Source of the DNA: Rebecca billardiae RCC1528 | Taxonomy: Eukaryota > Protista > Haptophyta | Direction: 5' to 3' | Assembly: GCA_965240325.2 (NCBI GenBank) | Contig: OZ251230.1 | Coordinates: 558,001-622,000, forward strand | DNA: 64,000 bases | In this document: positions 1 through 11,688 of the stretch, piece by piece | Layout: each line of letters starts with the position of its first letter | Numbering within the stretch: position 1 is the stretch's first letter | Made by a program: the position numbers and the translations under genes | Notes under the pieces: model-generated | Databases searched by the model: none | Seen by the model: the letters and a program-made list of their open reading frames with translations, nothing else | What the model was told of the DNA's origin: nothing

Positions 1-515
1 TGCTTCCGGTTCCTCACGGTTCGGCAAGAGAGCAAGGACCCGTGACTAGGTGCTTCAGCTTCGTCCTCCGTTGCTCGCTCCCTTCAAGAGATCGGTGCAC
101 AGTGATCGGTGAGGAGTGAGGACTGTGCTGATGTCATGATGCTGAGGAAGCCGGACAAACACCAAGCAAGCAGTGCCGGACCGCCCCGGCCGGCGGTGCG
201 GAAGCACTGCGCGCAGGCGGGTCTACGATGCTTCGCCCTCGCCAAGGCGCGCGCTTCTTGCGGCCGCAGATCTCCCAGTGGATGCGGCGCGTGGTCGGTG
301 CCAAGGCGCATGCGGAATAGTGTGTGCCCCTCGTACCTGAACCTCACCCCGGCTGCTCGCCGGACCCAGCGCCATGACCGTTGCGCGCACCGCGTGCGCG
401 TGCGGCTCGCAGTCGCGGACGCTTCGTCCGCAAACCGCGGGCGGTCAGAAGGATGCAGCAGCTTCGGGAGGTGCCGCATCGGAGTGCCTGCTGCTTCGAG
501 CTGCTGCTTCTTGCT

Positions 516-600
516 TCTCCCACCACCTGCGAGCACTCCCACCACCTGCGCGCTTGCTTCTGCTTGCGGCTCCCACCACCTGCGCGCTTGTTTCTTGCGT
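516..600. repeat. short degenerate tandem repeat (CTCCCACCACCTGCG x3)
   Basis: Three copies seen directly, separated by CTTGCTTC-like linkers, immediately before the minisatellite. Confidence 0.75.
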
Positions 601-1060
601 GCAGCAGTACGGCATACCATGCACGCAGCAGTACCATACCATGCGCACAGCAGTGCCATACCATGCGCGCAGCAGTACCGCCAGTACCATACCATCATGC
701 GTGCAGCAGTACCATACCATGCACGCGGCAGTACCATACCATGCGCGCAGCAGCAGTACATACTCCTGATCATGCGTGCCGCAGCAGAGTACCATACTAC
801 CATGCGCACAGCAGTACCATACCATGCGCGCAGCAGTACCATACCATCATGCACGCAGCAGTACCATACCATGCGCGCAGCAGTAGGCCATAGCATAGAC
901 CATGCCGTACCATCATACCATGCACGCATCAGTACTCCACACTAGCTACAGTGCGCGCAGCAGTACCATACCATGCGCGCAGCAGTACCATACCATGCGA
1001 GCAGCACGGTACCGCCAGTACTCTGTCACTACTGGTACCATCATGCGTGCAGCAGTATTG
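601..1060. repeat. minisatellite, unit GCAGCAGTACCATACCATGCGC (22 bp; 25-bp variants with extra CAT)
   Basis: More than a dozen degenerate head-to-tail copies, with no unique spacers of regular length. Confidence 0.95.
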
Positions 1061-1133
1061 ATGAAGTCGTGGTGGCCTGGTATGTGGCGCGCGGCGCTGA
1101 CGGTCACAGAGCTGTAGGCCAGCGGGGCGAGCC

Positions 1134-1190
1134 CTGCATTCCGGTAGGACCGGGGTGAATGCAGCATTGCCGGGTGCAACCCGGCAATGC
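1134..1190. other. double hairpin; second is a perfect 12-bp stem (GCATTGCCGGGT-GCA-ACCCGGCAATGC, 1164-1190)
   Basis: Inverted repeats read directly: CTGCATT..CCGGT-AGG-ACCGG..AATGCAG at 1134-1164 and the 12-bp stem at 1164-1190. Confidence 0.85.
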
Positions 1191-1499
1191 CCGCCTGAAT
1201 GGTAAGTCTATACGCGTACTACAGTGAGTACAGTACTACTTCAGCTAGTCCGACGGCGCGCCGCACCGCGCTGCATAGTTAGTGCATGACGAATGATGAC
1301 GATTATTCGACGATATCGGCGGCGGTGGCCCCATCCGAGATTGGCCCATCAAGCATCTGCTATGTCTCTCTCTCGGACGATAGCGCTCATCTCTGCTAGT
1401 GGCACTACTCACTAGTCTCTCCCCGTCTCTCGGCCCGGCGTCTCTCGTCAGCCGTCGTCTCGAAGAGTCGTAGTCAGAGAGTCGTGTGCAGCGCCCCCG

Positions 1500-1788
1500 C
1501 GGGCGCGTGCCCCCGGGTGCCTAGGCACGTGCGCCATGTGCGCGCGGGCGACTATGAGAGGCAGCATATGCCCAGCTCGCGCCGCATGGTGCTGAGCAGC
1601 GCTCGCCCGGCGGCGGGTCGCGAGGGCACGCTGAAGCGCGCCCGCCCGACATGTCCCGCGCCCCATCTTGGCGATATATTCTTGAGCATGAGGTCCACCT
1701 CCGCGTTCCCCTTTCCGAACGCCCCAACGACGATCGGGATGATCTCGGGGAAGGTGCCGCGCCTCGTACAGGCCAACCGACTGCCCAA
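1500..1788 (-). pseudogene. possible degenerate C-terminal fragment of a restriction-like-endonuclease non-LTR retrotransposon ORF
   Basis: Translation FPEIIPIVVGAFGKGNAEVDLMLKNI...GRALLSTMRRELGICCLS resembles the end of RLE domains of CRE/R2-type elements. Interrupted by a stop; recognised from memory only. Confidence 0.3.
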
Positions 1789-2210
1789 ATACCATTTGAC
1801 ACGACAGCTTATTTATATTCAGCCTTGCTGCTGCCTGCGCGCCGACGGCGAGAGTCGCGTGTCAATACCAGCGCCGCCGCCGCCACCGACAGCACCGCGA
1901 GCGCGATGACCGCCGCTGCCATGGTCATCGCCGTTGGGAGTGCCTGTATTGACTGCTCGGCTGTCGATGCGGCGGGGCCGCTCACCCAGGACGATGACGG
2001 CGTGCCGGCCGAGAGCTCGGGGGCGCGCGTCTTGGAGGCGGCTATCCCACGGCGAGGCGAGGGCACGGCCCTGCATGCGGGACTTCATGATGAGGCGGCG
2101 GCATGGCCGGGCGGACGCGGCGACGCCGCCCCCCCGCGCGCACGCTCGCCGCCCTGCCTCGCCGCCCACCCCGCGGCCGTGGCCTCGCCGCGCCGCGCGC
2201 GCGTGCCGTG

Positions 2211-5200
2211 CTAGCACGTGCACTCAGGGCACACAAACTCGTCCCGGTCCGAGTAGCGTGAGACGTCGAGCCCGAGGCAGGAGCCGTGGTACCAGCGCTG
2301 GCACACGTCGCACGAGATCATCGCCTCGGCGTACTTGGTGCGGTCCCACACGCGCGCGCCGCCGTTGCAGATGCACATGCGCGGGCTCTCGCCCGCCGCC
2401 TTGCACGCGTGGTACTGGTGCGTGCGCAGCAGCTGCCGCGCCGCCTCCTCGCCGCTCTCGAGCGCGCCGTGCACGCACTGCGCCGCCACCTGCGCGCACG
2501 CCTCGCCGCCGAAGAAGAGGCGCGGGTGGTCGGCCGCGGGGCCCAGCCAGTCGGGCGCCTGCAGCTGCGCGCGCGTCTCCGCGCCGGAGCCTGCGCCGCG
2601 GGGACGGAAGCGGCGGCGCGCGGGGCGGGCCGCGTCGCGCGGGGCCGCTCAGCGCGCGTCGTCCCGGGCGCCGCGGCGCCGCTCTCGGCCGCGGCGGGCG
2701 CGCGGCCGTGGCGCGGGGCGCGCGCGCCGCGCACCGAGGGCAAGGAAGGAGTAGGAGCCTCTGCTGAAGGGCTCCGCCTCCCACCGCGTGACCACCGCCT
2801 CGAGCAGCCCGGGGATGCCGAGCTCGGCGGCGCCGCCGCCCTCGGCGCCGGCCGGTGGCGCGGTGCCGCCCGCCTCCGCCTCCGCGCCGCGGCCGGCGGA
2901 ACCGTTCGCAGCCCGCCGCGCGCCGGCCGGCGGGGAGGGCGTGCGCCGCGCGGCGGGGCGGCGCGGCGCCGAGCCCGCGCCGCGGCCGCGCGCGCGCGCG
3001 CCCGCCGCGCCCTCCTCCGGCTCCGGCTCCGGCTTCGCCTCCTTCGCCTCCGCAGCGGCGGCGGGCACGGCGGCGGCAGCCGCCTCCGCGCCGCCCGGCG
3101 CTCGCGGCTCTGGCTGCTGCGCAAACATGCGCCGCAGCAGTCCGTCCACCTCCGCCACCACCGCTGCGTCGCTCAGCCCGCCAAACCGGTCGGCAAACGG
3201 CGGGCCTGCGTGCGCGACGATCACGCCGTGCTTGCCGAACGCGTGCAGGTTGAGGAAGCGCACCTGCGCGCACGCACGCGCGGCGGCGGCGGCGGGGCGC
3301 GCGCGAGGCGCGCGTTGACTGCGCGCGCTCTCGGGCGCGTGGGCGCGGGCGGCGCGGCGGTGCGCGGGCGGGCGCGGCGCGCAGGCAGGGCACGCACTGC
3401 GCGCGCGCGCGCGCGGCGGCGCACCCGCGGGTCTGTGCACTGCAGGTAGGGCGTGGCGGGTGGCCAGAACGGCTGCGCATACTGCAGCACCACCTGCGCG
3501 CGCGACACGGCGCGCGGCGGCCGCTCCTCCGTCCTCAGTCAGCAGAGGCGGCGCGCGCGGCCGCCACGGCCGCGGCTTGGGCCGCCGCGCGTGCGAGTGC
3601 GCCGCCACCGCCACCGCACCTTGTTCTCGATGCCCACGCCCATCGCGTCGATGGCGGCGCGCTTGGGCGCGCACAGCGGCGGGTCGAAGGTGACTGTGTT
3701 CGACGGCAGCGGCTGCTGCAGCACGCCTGCGAGCGCGCGCACGGCGCAGGGCGCAGCGGCCGAGCGAGGCGCGCGCGCGCGTGATGGCGGGCGGCGCGGA
3801 GGCTGCGGCCGAGGCGGGCTGCGCGCGCGCGCGCGCGCCCGCGCGCCCGCGCGCCCGCCGCGCCCACGCGCACAGCGCACGCCCCCCACCGATGGGCAGT
3901 GTGCACACGACGTAGTCGCACTCGACAGCCGAGCCATCTGCCAGCAGCACGCGCGCGCACGCGGCCCCGTCCGCGCACGCGCCCGCACGCGCGGGCGCTG
4001 CTGCCGCCGCCTCCTCGCCGTCGCCCTCTGCGCCGCGCCGCGCGAGCTCGACGCGGCAGACTTGCGCGCCCAGCCTGTGCTCAATGCGCGCGGCGCACGC
4101 GCGCTCGCGCCGGCGGGCGTCGGCCGGGAGCTGCGCGCGGCGCGCGGCCGCCTCGGCGGCGCCGCTCGAGGCGCGAGCGCGCCGGGCGCGGCCCGCGCCG
4201 CCGCCGCCCTCGCCGCCGCCGCCGCCCTCGCCGCCCGCCGCGCCCGTCGGCACGCCGAGGGTGCGCAGCAGCAGCTGTGCGTACCCATCGGTCACGATGC
4301 CGTCGGACACGTCGCGGTCGTCCGCGCTGCTCGCGCCCGCGGCGGAGCGGCGGCCGCGCGGCGCGCGCTTGGCGCGCGCTGACGAGTCGGCGGCGGCCGG
4401 CTGCGCGCGGCGCCGCGCAGGTCGCGCCGCGCCGGCCGTGCGCGGGTGCGGGGGCGCGCGCGCGGACGCGGCCGGCGGCGGCGCGGTGCGCGCGTGCACC
4501 GTCGCCGCGCGCACGCCGCGCGCCTCCGCCATCACCGCCCGCTCCGACATCGGCGTCTCGCTGAGGTGCGGCCGCGCGCCGCCCAGCCGAATGCACACGC
4601 GCGCGAGCGCTGGGCCGGGGCCGCGCGGCGCGCGCGGCGCGGCGCGGCGCGGCGCGCTGCCCGGCGCGCGCGCGGACGGCGCCGGCTCGGGCGGCGCGCG
4701 CGGCGCGGCGGGCGCGCCGGCCGGCGGCGGCGGCGCGCGCTGCGAGCGCAGCAGCTCCAGCCTCGCGCGCACGCACGCCTCCCAGCTGGGCGCGAAGCGC
4801 AAGCGCGGCGGCGCCGAGGGCGGCGGCGCCGACGGCGCGGCCGCGGGGCGAGGCTCGGCCTCGCCGCCCGCCTCCGCCGCCTCCGCGCCGCCGCCCGCCT
4901 CTGCCGCGCCCGCCCGGCGCCACGCCGGAGCGGCGGCCAGCAGCCTGTGCCTCACGCTCAGCGCCCAGCTCGAGTCAAAGCGCACGCCGCTGCCCGCGCG
5001 GCCGCACAGCGCGCGCAGCTCGGCGGCTAGGCCAGGCATGGCGCACGCGCCGCGCGCCCACGCGCCGTGCAGCGGGCGTGGCGTGCGCAGGGGCGCCGCC
5101 CCGCGCAGCACGACGCGCACAGGCACGCGCAGCTCCTCCGCGGAGGCAGCGGCAGCCAGCGGCCCGCCGCCCATCGGCGCCGCGTCCGCCATCTCCGCGT

Positions 5201-8200
5201 CTGAGCCCGGGGCGTGTGTGGCAGAGGCGGCGCGTGCGGCCGGGCGCGCGCGACGATCGGCCGCACGCGCGGCGGCGGCGGGTGCTGCTGCATCGGCAGC
5301 TGCGTCGGCGGCGCCGGCTGCCGCGGCGTCGAGCGCGGCAAGTGCGCCGCCCTGCAAGCCCGCGCCAGCCGCCGGCGGTGCGCGGGTGGCGGCTGCGCGG
5401 CGCGGCGGCGGCGGCTGCGGCGGTGGCGCGGCCGGCGCCGGCGGCACGGCCGCCGATGCCTCGGCCGGCGCATGCGCGCCCAACCCCACGCCATCCGCCG
5501 CCGCCCCGTCGGCCTCGGCCGGCGGGTGGGACGCGGGCGCGGGGGCGGCGCTCGGTTCGGCCGCGGGCGCGCCGAGCGGCGCGCGCCGGCCAGCGTGCCG
5601 AGCGGAGCGCTTGCGCGGGCCGGGCGGCGCTGTGCCCGCGTGCCGCGCGCGCCCGGCGGCGGCGGCGGCGGCACCGCCGCTCGGCGCAGCACCAGCCGCC
5701 GCCGCCCCGCCCCCCGCCGCCGCCCCCGCCGCCGCCCCCGCCGCCGCCCCCGCCGCCGCCCCCGCCGCCCGCAGCTCCCGCCGCGCGCGCAGCACCGCGC
5801 CCTCGTCGACCTGCTCGATCAGAGCGTCCGCAGAGAGCTCGTGCAGCCGCGCGTTGTAGCCCCAGACGAGGACGTACGCGCTGCGCAGCAGCAGCAGCTC
5901 GAGGTCGGAGGGCGCCAGCCGCGGCGGCTCGCACAGCGCGACGGGCAGCAGCGCGTCGCACAGCGCGCCCACCGAGGTTCGAGCCCACGCGCCGCACGCT
6001 GCGCCGCCCGCGCCGCCCGCGCCGCCGCCCGCGCCGCCCGCGCCGCCGCCCGCGCCGCCGCCCGCGCCGCCCGCGTAGCCCGCGGCGGGCGCGGCCGCGG
6101 CCGCGCCGAAGCGGAGCGGGAAGGTGGGCGGCGGCGAGGCGCGGCCGCGCGCGCATGGCGGCGCGCACGGCGAGGGCGGCGGCGAGGCGCGCCGCGGCGG
6201 CGACGCCGGCGGCGACGCCGGCGGCGACGGCGTCCGCTCTCGCTTCAGAGCGCCCGCGCTCGCGCCGCCGGCCGCGCCGCGCGCCGCGCGCGCGCGCGGC
6301 GGCGCGTGCAGCGAGCGCAGCAGCTCGACCGCGTCCTCCCAGCAGTGGCTGCCCAGCGCGCCGACCGCCGCGCCGCGCGCCTCCGCCGCGCCGCCGCGCA
6401 GCACCCGCGCGTGCACAAGCGGAGACGGCGGCGCGCCCGCCCGGCGCGCTCGCTCCTCGCACTCGACCAGCGCGGCGCGCGAGCCCACCAGCACGACGGA
6501 CACGTCGTCGAGGAGGGTGGCGGGGGGCGGCGCGGAGGGGGGCAGCGGCGCGGGGGGTCGAGGGGAGCGCCCGGCCGCGCCGAGGCCGCTCGCGCCGCCG
6601 CTGCCCGCCGTGGCACACGAGCCCGCGCAATGCGCGCGCGGCGGCGCCGGCTGCGCGCGCGCCGACGGCGGCGACGGCGGCGGCACGCTCGGCGCGACTC
6701 GAGCCGGCGGCGCCGGCGAGGCAGCCGCCGCCGCGTGCGGAGCCGCTGCCGGTAGCGTCGGCGCGCCCGGCGGCGCGCGCGGCGCGCCCGCGGATCCCGG
6801 CTGCGCGCGCGCAACGGCTGTCGCGCCCGCCACCACCGCAGGCCGCGCCGCGCCCGGCGCGCGCGCGGCGCGCGGCCGGGCGCGCGCGCCGCTGCCCGCG
6901 GCGGGCGCGGCCGCGCGGTCGCGCGCGCCCGGCAGCGGCGCAGCCCCGCGCGGCGCGGTCGGGAGCGCCGCCGGCTGCGCGGGGCCGCAGCGGGGCGGCG
7001 CGCTTGCGCATCGCCTCGGCGGCGGGCGCGGTGGCGCGGCAACAGAAGCTGACGCGTCGTGCGCGGCCGCGGTGCGTGGCGCTGCCGCGTGCGTGCGCGC
7101 CGGCTGCGGCGGTGCGGGCCCGGCGGCGGCCGCCCAGCTGTGCGGCGGCGCTGCGGCGGCGTGCCGCAGCGCACCCGCCGCCGCTGCCGCCGGCGGCGGC
7201 GGCGCGCAGCCCGGCGGCCGCGCGTGCGCGAGCGCGTGGCTGTGCGCCGGCACCGCCACGCGCGGCAGGTGCGCGGCGGCGCGTGCGCCTTCGGCCTGCT
7301 GCTGGGCTGCGCCCCGCTGCTGCTGCCCAGGGGCGTTGGAGCCCTCCGCCGCCGCCATGGCGAGGATCGCCGTGAGCGCCGCCTCGCGCTCGGAGGCGGG
7401 CAGCAAGCCGAGCACCGCGCTCAGCGAGCGCTCGGCCGCCGCCTGCTCCGCGGCCAAGCGCTCGGCGGCAGCGCGCACCTCCCGCTGAGCCGAGGGCGCG
7501 CCGCCCGCGCCGCCCGCGCCGCCCGCGCCGCCCGCGCCGCCCGCGCCGCCCGCGCCGCCCGCGCCGCCCGCGCCGCCCGCGCCGCCCGCGCCGCCCGCGC
7601 CGTGCGAGCTCGGTACGCCGCTGCCGCGCATCAGCAGGCCGGCGGCGCTCGGCGGCCAGGCCGCCGCCTCGGCGTGCGCCGCGCGCGCGCACTCATCCGG
7701 CGCGCGCGCGTGCGCGCACACCGCCGGCGGCGCCCGCTGGCCGCTCGAATGAGCGGCCGCCACGCTCGCAGGCGCGTGCTCGCACGCGCCGCGTGCGCCG
7801 GCCGCGCCGACGGCGGCAGACGACGGGCGCGCGCACGGGAGCGGCTGCGGCTGCGCCGCGCCGCCGCTGCACCACGCCGCGTGCGCGCCCTCGCAGCGCG
7901 CTCGGCTGAGCAATGGCACCGTCGCCGGCAGCGCGCGTGCGCGCGCGCCGCACAGCACGGGCGTGCGCGCGTGCTGCGCGCCACCGCGCAGGTGCGCACT
8001 CACTGCCGCGGCGTGGGCGCTAAGCGGGGGCGGCTGCGGCTGCTGCTGCCGCTGCTGCTGCCGCTGCTGCTGCTGCTGCGGCTGCGGCTGCTGCTGCGGC
8101 TGCTGCGGCTGCTGCTGCTGCGGCTGCGGCGGCTGCTGCTGCTGCGGCGGCCGCGGCTGCTGCTGCGCGGCTGCGCCCGCAGCGCTCGCGCGACACGCCG

Positions 8201-10187
8201 CCCAGCGCCAAGGCTCGCCGTCGTCGCCCTCCGCCGGAGGCGCGTGCGCCGCCTGCTCCGCCGGCGGCGCGTCCGCGGCGGCGCCGCTGCCGCGCCGCTC
8301 GGCGCCCGGCGAGGGTGCAGGTGCGTCCGCGAGCGCGGCGGGCGGCGTCACGCTCGGCGGCGCGGCAGCCGCCGAGCGCTTGGCGCAGCCGCCGCCGGGC
8401 GCGGCCGAGGCCGCGTGCGCGCGGCGCTTCGCCGCGCCCGCGGCCCGCCTGGCCCCGCCCGCGCCGCCCGCGCGCGTCTGCGCCCCCTCAGGCGAGAGCA
8501 AGACATGAATGTGCATGCCCGCGCGCCAGCTCTCTGGCAGCATCAGCGCGCGCCGCTGCGGCGCGCCCGCGGGCGACCACCACAGCTCCACCCAGCAGCC
8601 GGGCTCCGCGTCGTCGGGGACGTGGGCGACCAGGGACAGGGCGCGCGGCGGCGTCGGGTGCAGCTGCAGCAGCGCGGCGCGCGCCGCCGCGAGGCCCTGA
8701 TCCGCGCCCGCCTCCTCCGCCTCCTCCGCGTCCGCTGGCGCGTCCGCGTCCGCGGACGCGGGCGCGGACACGTCCGCTCGATCGACGTCGGCGCGCTGAG
8801 TGCCCTCGGCGGCGCCGCCGTCGGCAGCCGGCGCGCGCGGCGGCGTGAGCTTCCGCCGCTTGGGCGCGCCGCCGCCCTCGCGCAGCGGGCTCGCCGGACT
8901 CCGCCCCGCCGCCGCCGCCGCCGCCGCCTCGCCAACCGCCGCCCCGTCCGCCCCCGTCGCGGCCGAGGCCGCGGGCTCCGCTGTCGGCCTGAGCGCCGGC
9001 AGCAGGGCGCGCGTGCTGGAGCTGCGCCGCGCCGTGGGGAGCGGCGGCGGCGGCAGCCCGAGCGCGCGCGCCGCGTGCGCGCGCGCGACCACACCGTCGA
9101 CCAGCTGGCGCACGCGCCGCAGGATCTCAAAGCTGCGCTGGACCGCCTGCGCTCGGCGGCGCCACAGGGCGCGCGGCGACGGGGGCGGGGGCGAGCGCGC
9201 GTCGGGCGGGGCGTCGGCGCATCGCGCGCGTCGGCGTCCGCGCGCATCGGCCGGGCGCGCCGCGCGCACCTTGGGCGGCACGACCGCCCCCGGCGGCGCG
9301 CCTGGCCTGAGGTCATAGTACGTGCAGCCCTCCGCCCACGCGCGCGAGTAGCCGCCGCGCCGCTGGTCGACGCGCGCGCCGAGCGACGCGGCCATGCGGT
9401 AGATCGGATTGTACTGCGAGCAGCCGTGGACGAAGGAGGCGCCGAGGTCGACGCGCGCGCCGGAGCGGAGGGAGACGGTGTGCACGCGCCCGCCCAGTCG
9501 GCTGCGCGCCTCAAGCACCACCACACGGCTCGCGCCGCCGAGCGCGAGCGCGCGCGCGGCGGCGAGGCCGGCGGGACCGCCGCCGATCACGGCCACCGTG
9601 AGGGCGTCTCTCGCGCGCTGCACGCGCCCCGCCTGGTTGCGCATGCCGCACGTGGAGCACACGGCGGCGGCAGCGGCGGCGGCGGCGCAGTGCGCGTGCA
9701 CCGTCGCGGCCGAGACAGAGCACGCGCACATCCACGCCTCCCGCTCCAGTGAGGGCACCGGCACGCCGCACAGTCGACACGCGCGCGAGCCCGCCGCCGC
9801 GCCCTCGGCCGCCGCGGGCCCGCCGTCGTCGCCGCCGCCGCGGCGCCGGCCGCGCTCGGCCGCGGCGAGCGCCTCGTCTTGCGACGAGTCCGTGTCGTCC
9901 GAGCCCTCAGCCGCGCCGCCGCCCGCGCCGCCGCCGCCGCCCGGCGCCGCCGCCGCGAGCTCGCGCTCCAGCCGCCGGCGCGCGCGCGCGGCGCGCAAGT
10001 CCGCGGCTGAGACGCAGCACAGCCCCTCGATGGCCGCGTCAGCGTCCATCGCCTCCTCGTCCGCCGCGCTCCACAGCCGGCACGCGCGGCCGGTGCGCCG
10101 TGCGCGGCGCAGCCGCCGCGCGTGCGGGTGCTGCGCCGAGATCGGCGGCCCGTCCTCCTCGTCCTCCTCGTCCTCCGCGTCCGACGA

Positions 10188-10239
<52 letters not shown>

Positions 10240-11114
10240 GTGTCGGAGGCCTCGCGCGAGGAGCCCTCGGCGGAAGAGGCGGGGGAGGCGGAGGCAGACT
10301 CGTCGCTGCTGCTCTCGCGCGCACCTGCGCGCGCCGGTCGGCGGCGCGAGCGCGCGCTCGCCCGCACGGCGGCACGCGCTCGGCTGCCGCTCCCGCCGCC
10401 GCCGCTGCCGCCGCCACCGCTGCCGCCGCCGCCGCCGCTGCCGCCACCCTTTGCCGCCGCGCGCGCGCGCGCGCGCGCAGGCGTCGCGGGCGGCGGCTCA
10501 GCGTCCGGCTTGTGGCCGCGCGCGGTGGCCATCGCCCGCCCGGCCCAGCCCGCGCTCGCCCGCTCGTCCGCGAGTGCGAGCAGGGCGGAGTGCTCCGCCT
10601 CGACCAGCTCGGCGAGCCGCGGCGGCCTGCGCACCGCGCGCCTCCGGCCGCCCTCGGCGTGCGCGCCCTCGAGCTGCTCGTGCGCGCGGATGGCCTCGGT
10701 GGCCTCGTCCTCGTTGAGGTCCTCCTCGTCGCCGTCGTCGTGCACCGCGTGCCACAGCGCGAGCGTGTCTTCCTCCTCCGCGCTCGCGGACACGGCCGCG
10801 GGCAGCCAGCGTGTGATCGTCGCCCGCACTTCGCTCGGCCCGCTCCCGGTGTCAAAATAGCGGACGATGCGGCGGCCGATCCACGCGTGGCCCTCCTCGC
10901 ACCAGCGCGCCTCGCCCGCCGCACTGTGCTCGCCCCGCGTGTGCGCCGTCCACGCCTCGGCCATCCGCGCGTACACGAGGCCGGTCGAGGGGGAGACCCA
11001 CACGCGCCGAGAGACGCCCTCGTCGCGCCGCGTGCTCACGCGCCAGCCGGCCTGGACGAGGATGCGCGCGCGCTGCGCGGCGCCCGGCTCGTAGCCGCCG
11101 CCTGCGTCCGCCAT
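2211..11114 (-). CDS. giant multi-exon FAD-dependent amine oxidase (LSD1/KDM1/PAO family) with N-terminal Tudor-like and RING-variant modules and C-terminal PHD finger
   Basis: Oxidase motifs: VAVIGGGPAGLAAA..VVVLEARSRLGGRVHT..VDLGASFVHG; CDYVVCTLPIGVLQ; AIDAMGVGIENKV; TRWEAEPFSRGSYS; LFFGGEA..CVHGALESG. PHD: CIC..MISCDVCQRWYHGSCLG..FVCPEC, stop at 2211. Tudor-like: WIGRRIVRYF..WHAVHDDGDEEDL. At least five GT-AG introns, e.g. 9147-9269. Confidence 0.85.
7497..7601. repeat. 9-bp coding tandem repeat GCGCCGCCC (Gly-Ala-Gly)n inside the oxidase insertion
   Basis: About 11 direct copies. Poly-Q (about 8035-8165) and poly-D (about 10197-10238) tracts also lie in this gene. Confidence 0.9.
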
Positions 11115-11418
11115 CGGCGCAACCCACCCGGCCGTGAGCGGCAGCCCTCGCCCAACCCCAAACCTTCTTGATGGTGACCCATCGCCGCCGCCTCTCGTTG
11201 GTCAAGCAGACCGGACCTCGCCGCCGAGCCGGACTGTAGGAGGTAGCGGTTTTAGCTGCTGCTACTTTAACTGTCGTGTGTACCGAAAGGATTGAAAGGA
11301 ATGAACACGCGACCGAATCGGACTGCAAGCTACTGTTTCCAGGTCTCTCTTCGGAGAGCGTGCGCTGAAGGATGGCGCGGCAACCTGCCACCGTGAGCCT
11401 TACGCACGTTAAAACAAA

Positions 11419-11476
11419 TAAACTGTAATCTCGCCTGCCTGAGCTGTGTGCGTCTCTTATTCTTAGTAAACTGTAA
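11419..11476. repeat. dispersed 48-bp unit, copy 1 (TAAACTGTAATCTCGCCTGCCTGAGCTGTGTGCGTCTCTTATTCTTAG plus repeated TAAACTGTAA)
   Basis: Same sequence found at 51534-51587 (inverted), 51776-51813 and 52012-52082. Confidence 0.95.
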
Positions 11477-11688
11477 GCTACTCGATGAATGACCACGACG
11501 AACGTATGGCCGACGGGACAAATGAGCAGCCTGCGAGTTGCAGTGCGTGCCGCGCCTGAGGCCTGAGCATCGCGAAAGCCTCCTTTCCAGAGTCTGCTGT
11601 CAGCGGTGGACCCCTCACTCCCCAGGCCTGCGCGCAGTCCTCGCCACGGCGGCCTAGGCCCACGCAGCCAGGCTGGACTCCGGCTCAC

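Noticed and set aside
601-1060. CRISPR-like array
   Set aside because: Units are head-to-tail and degenerate with no unique constant-length spacers; no cas genes; eukaryotic context.
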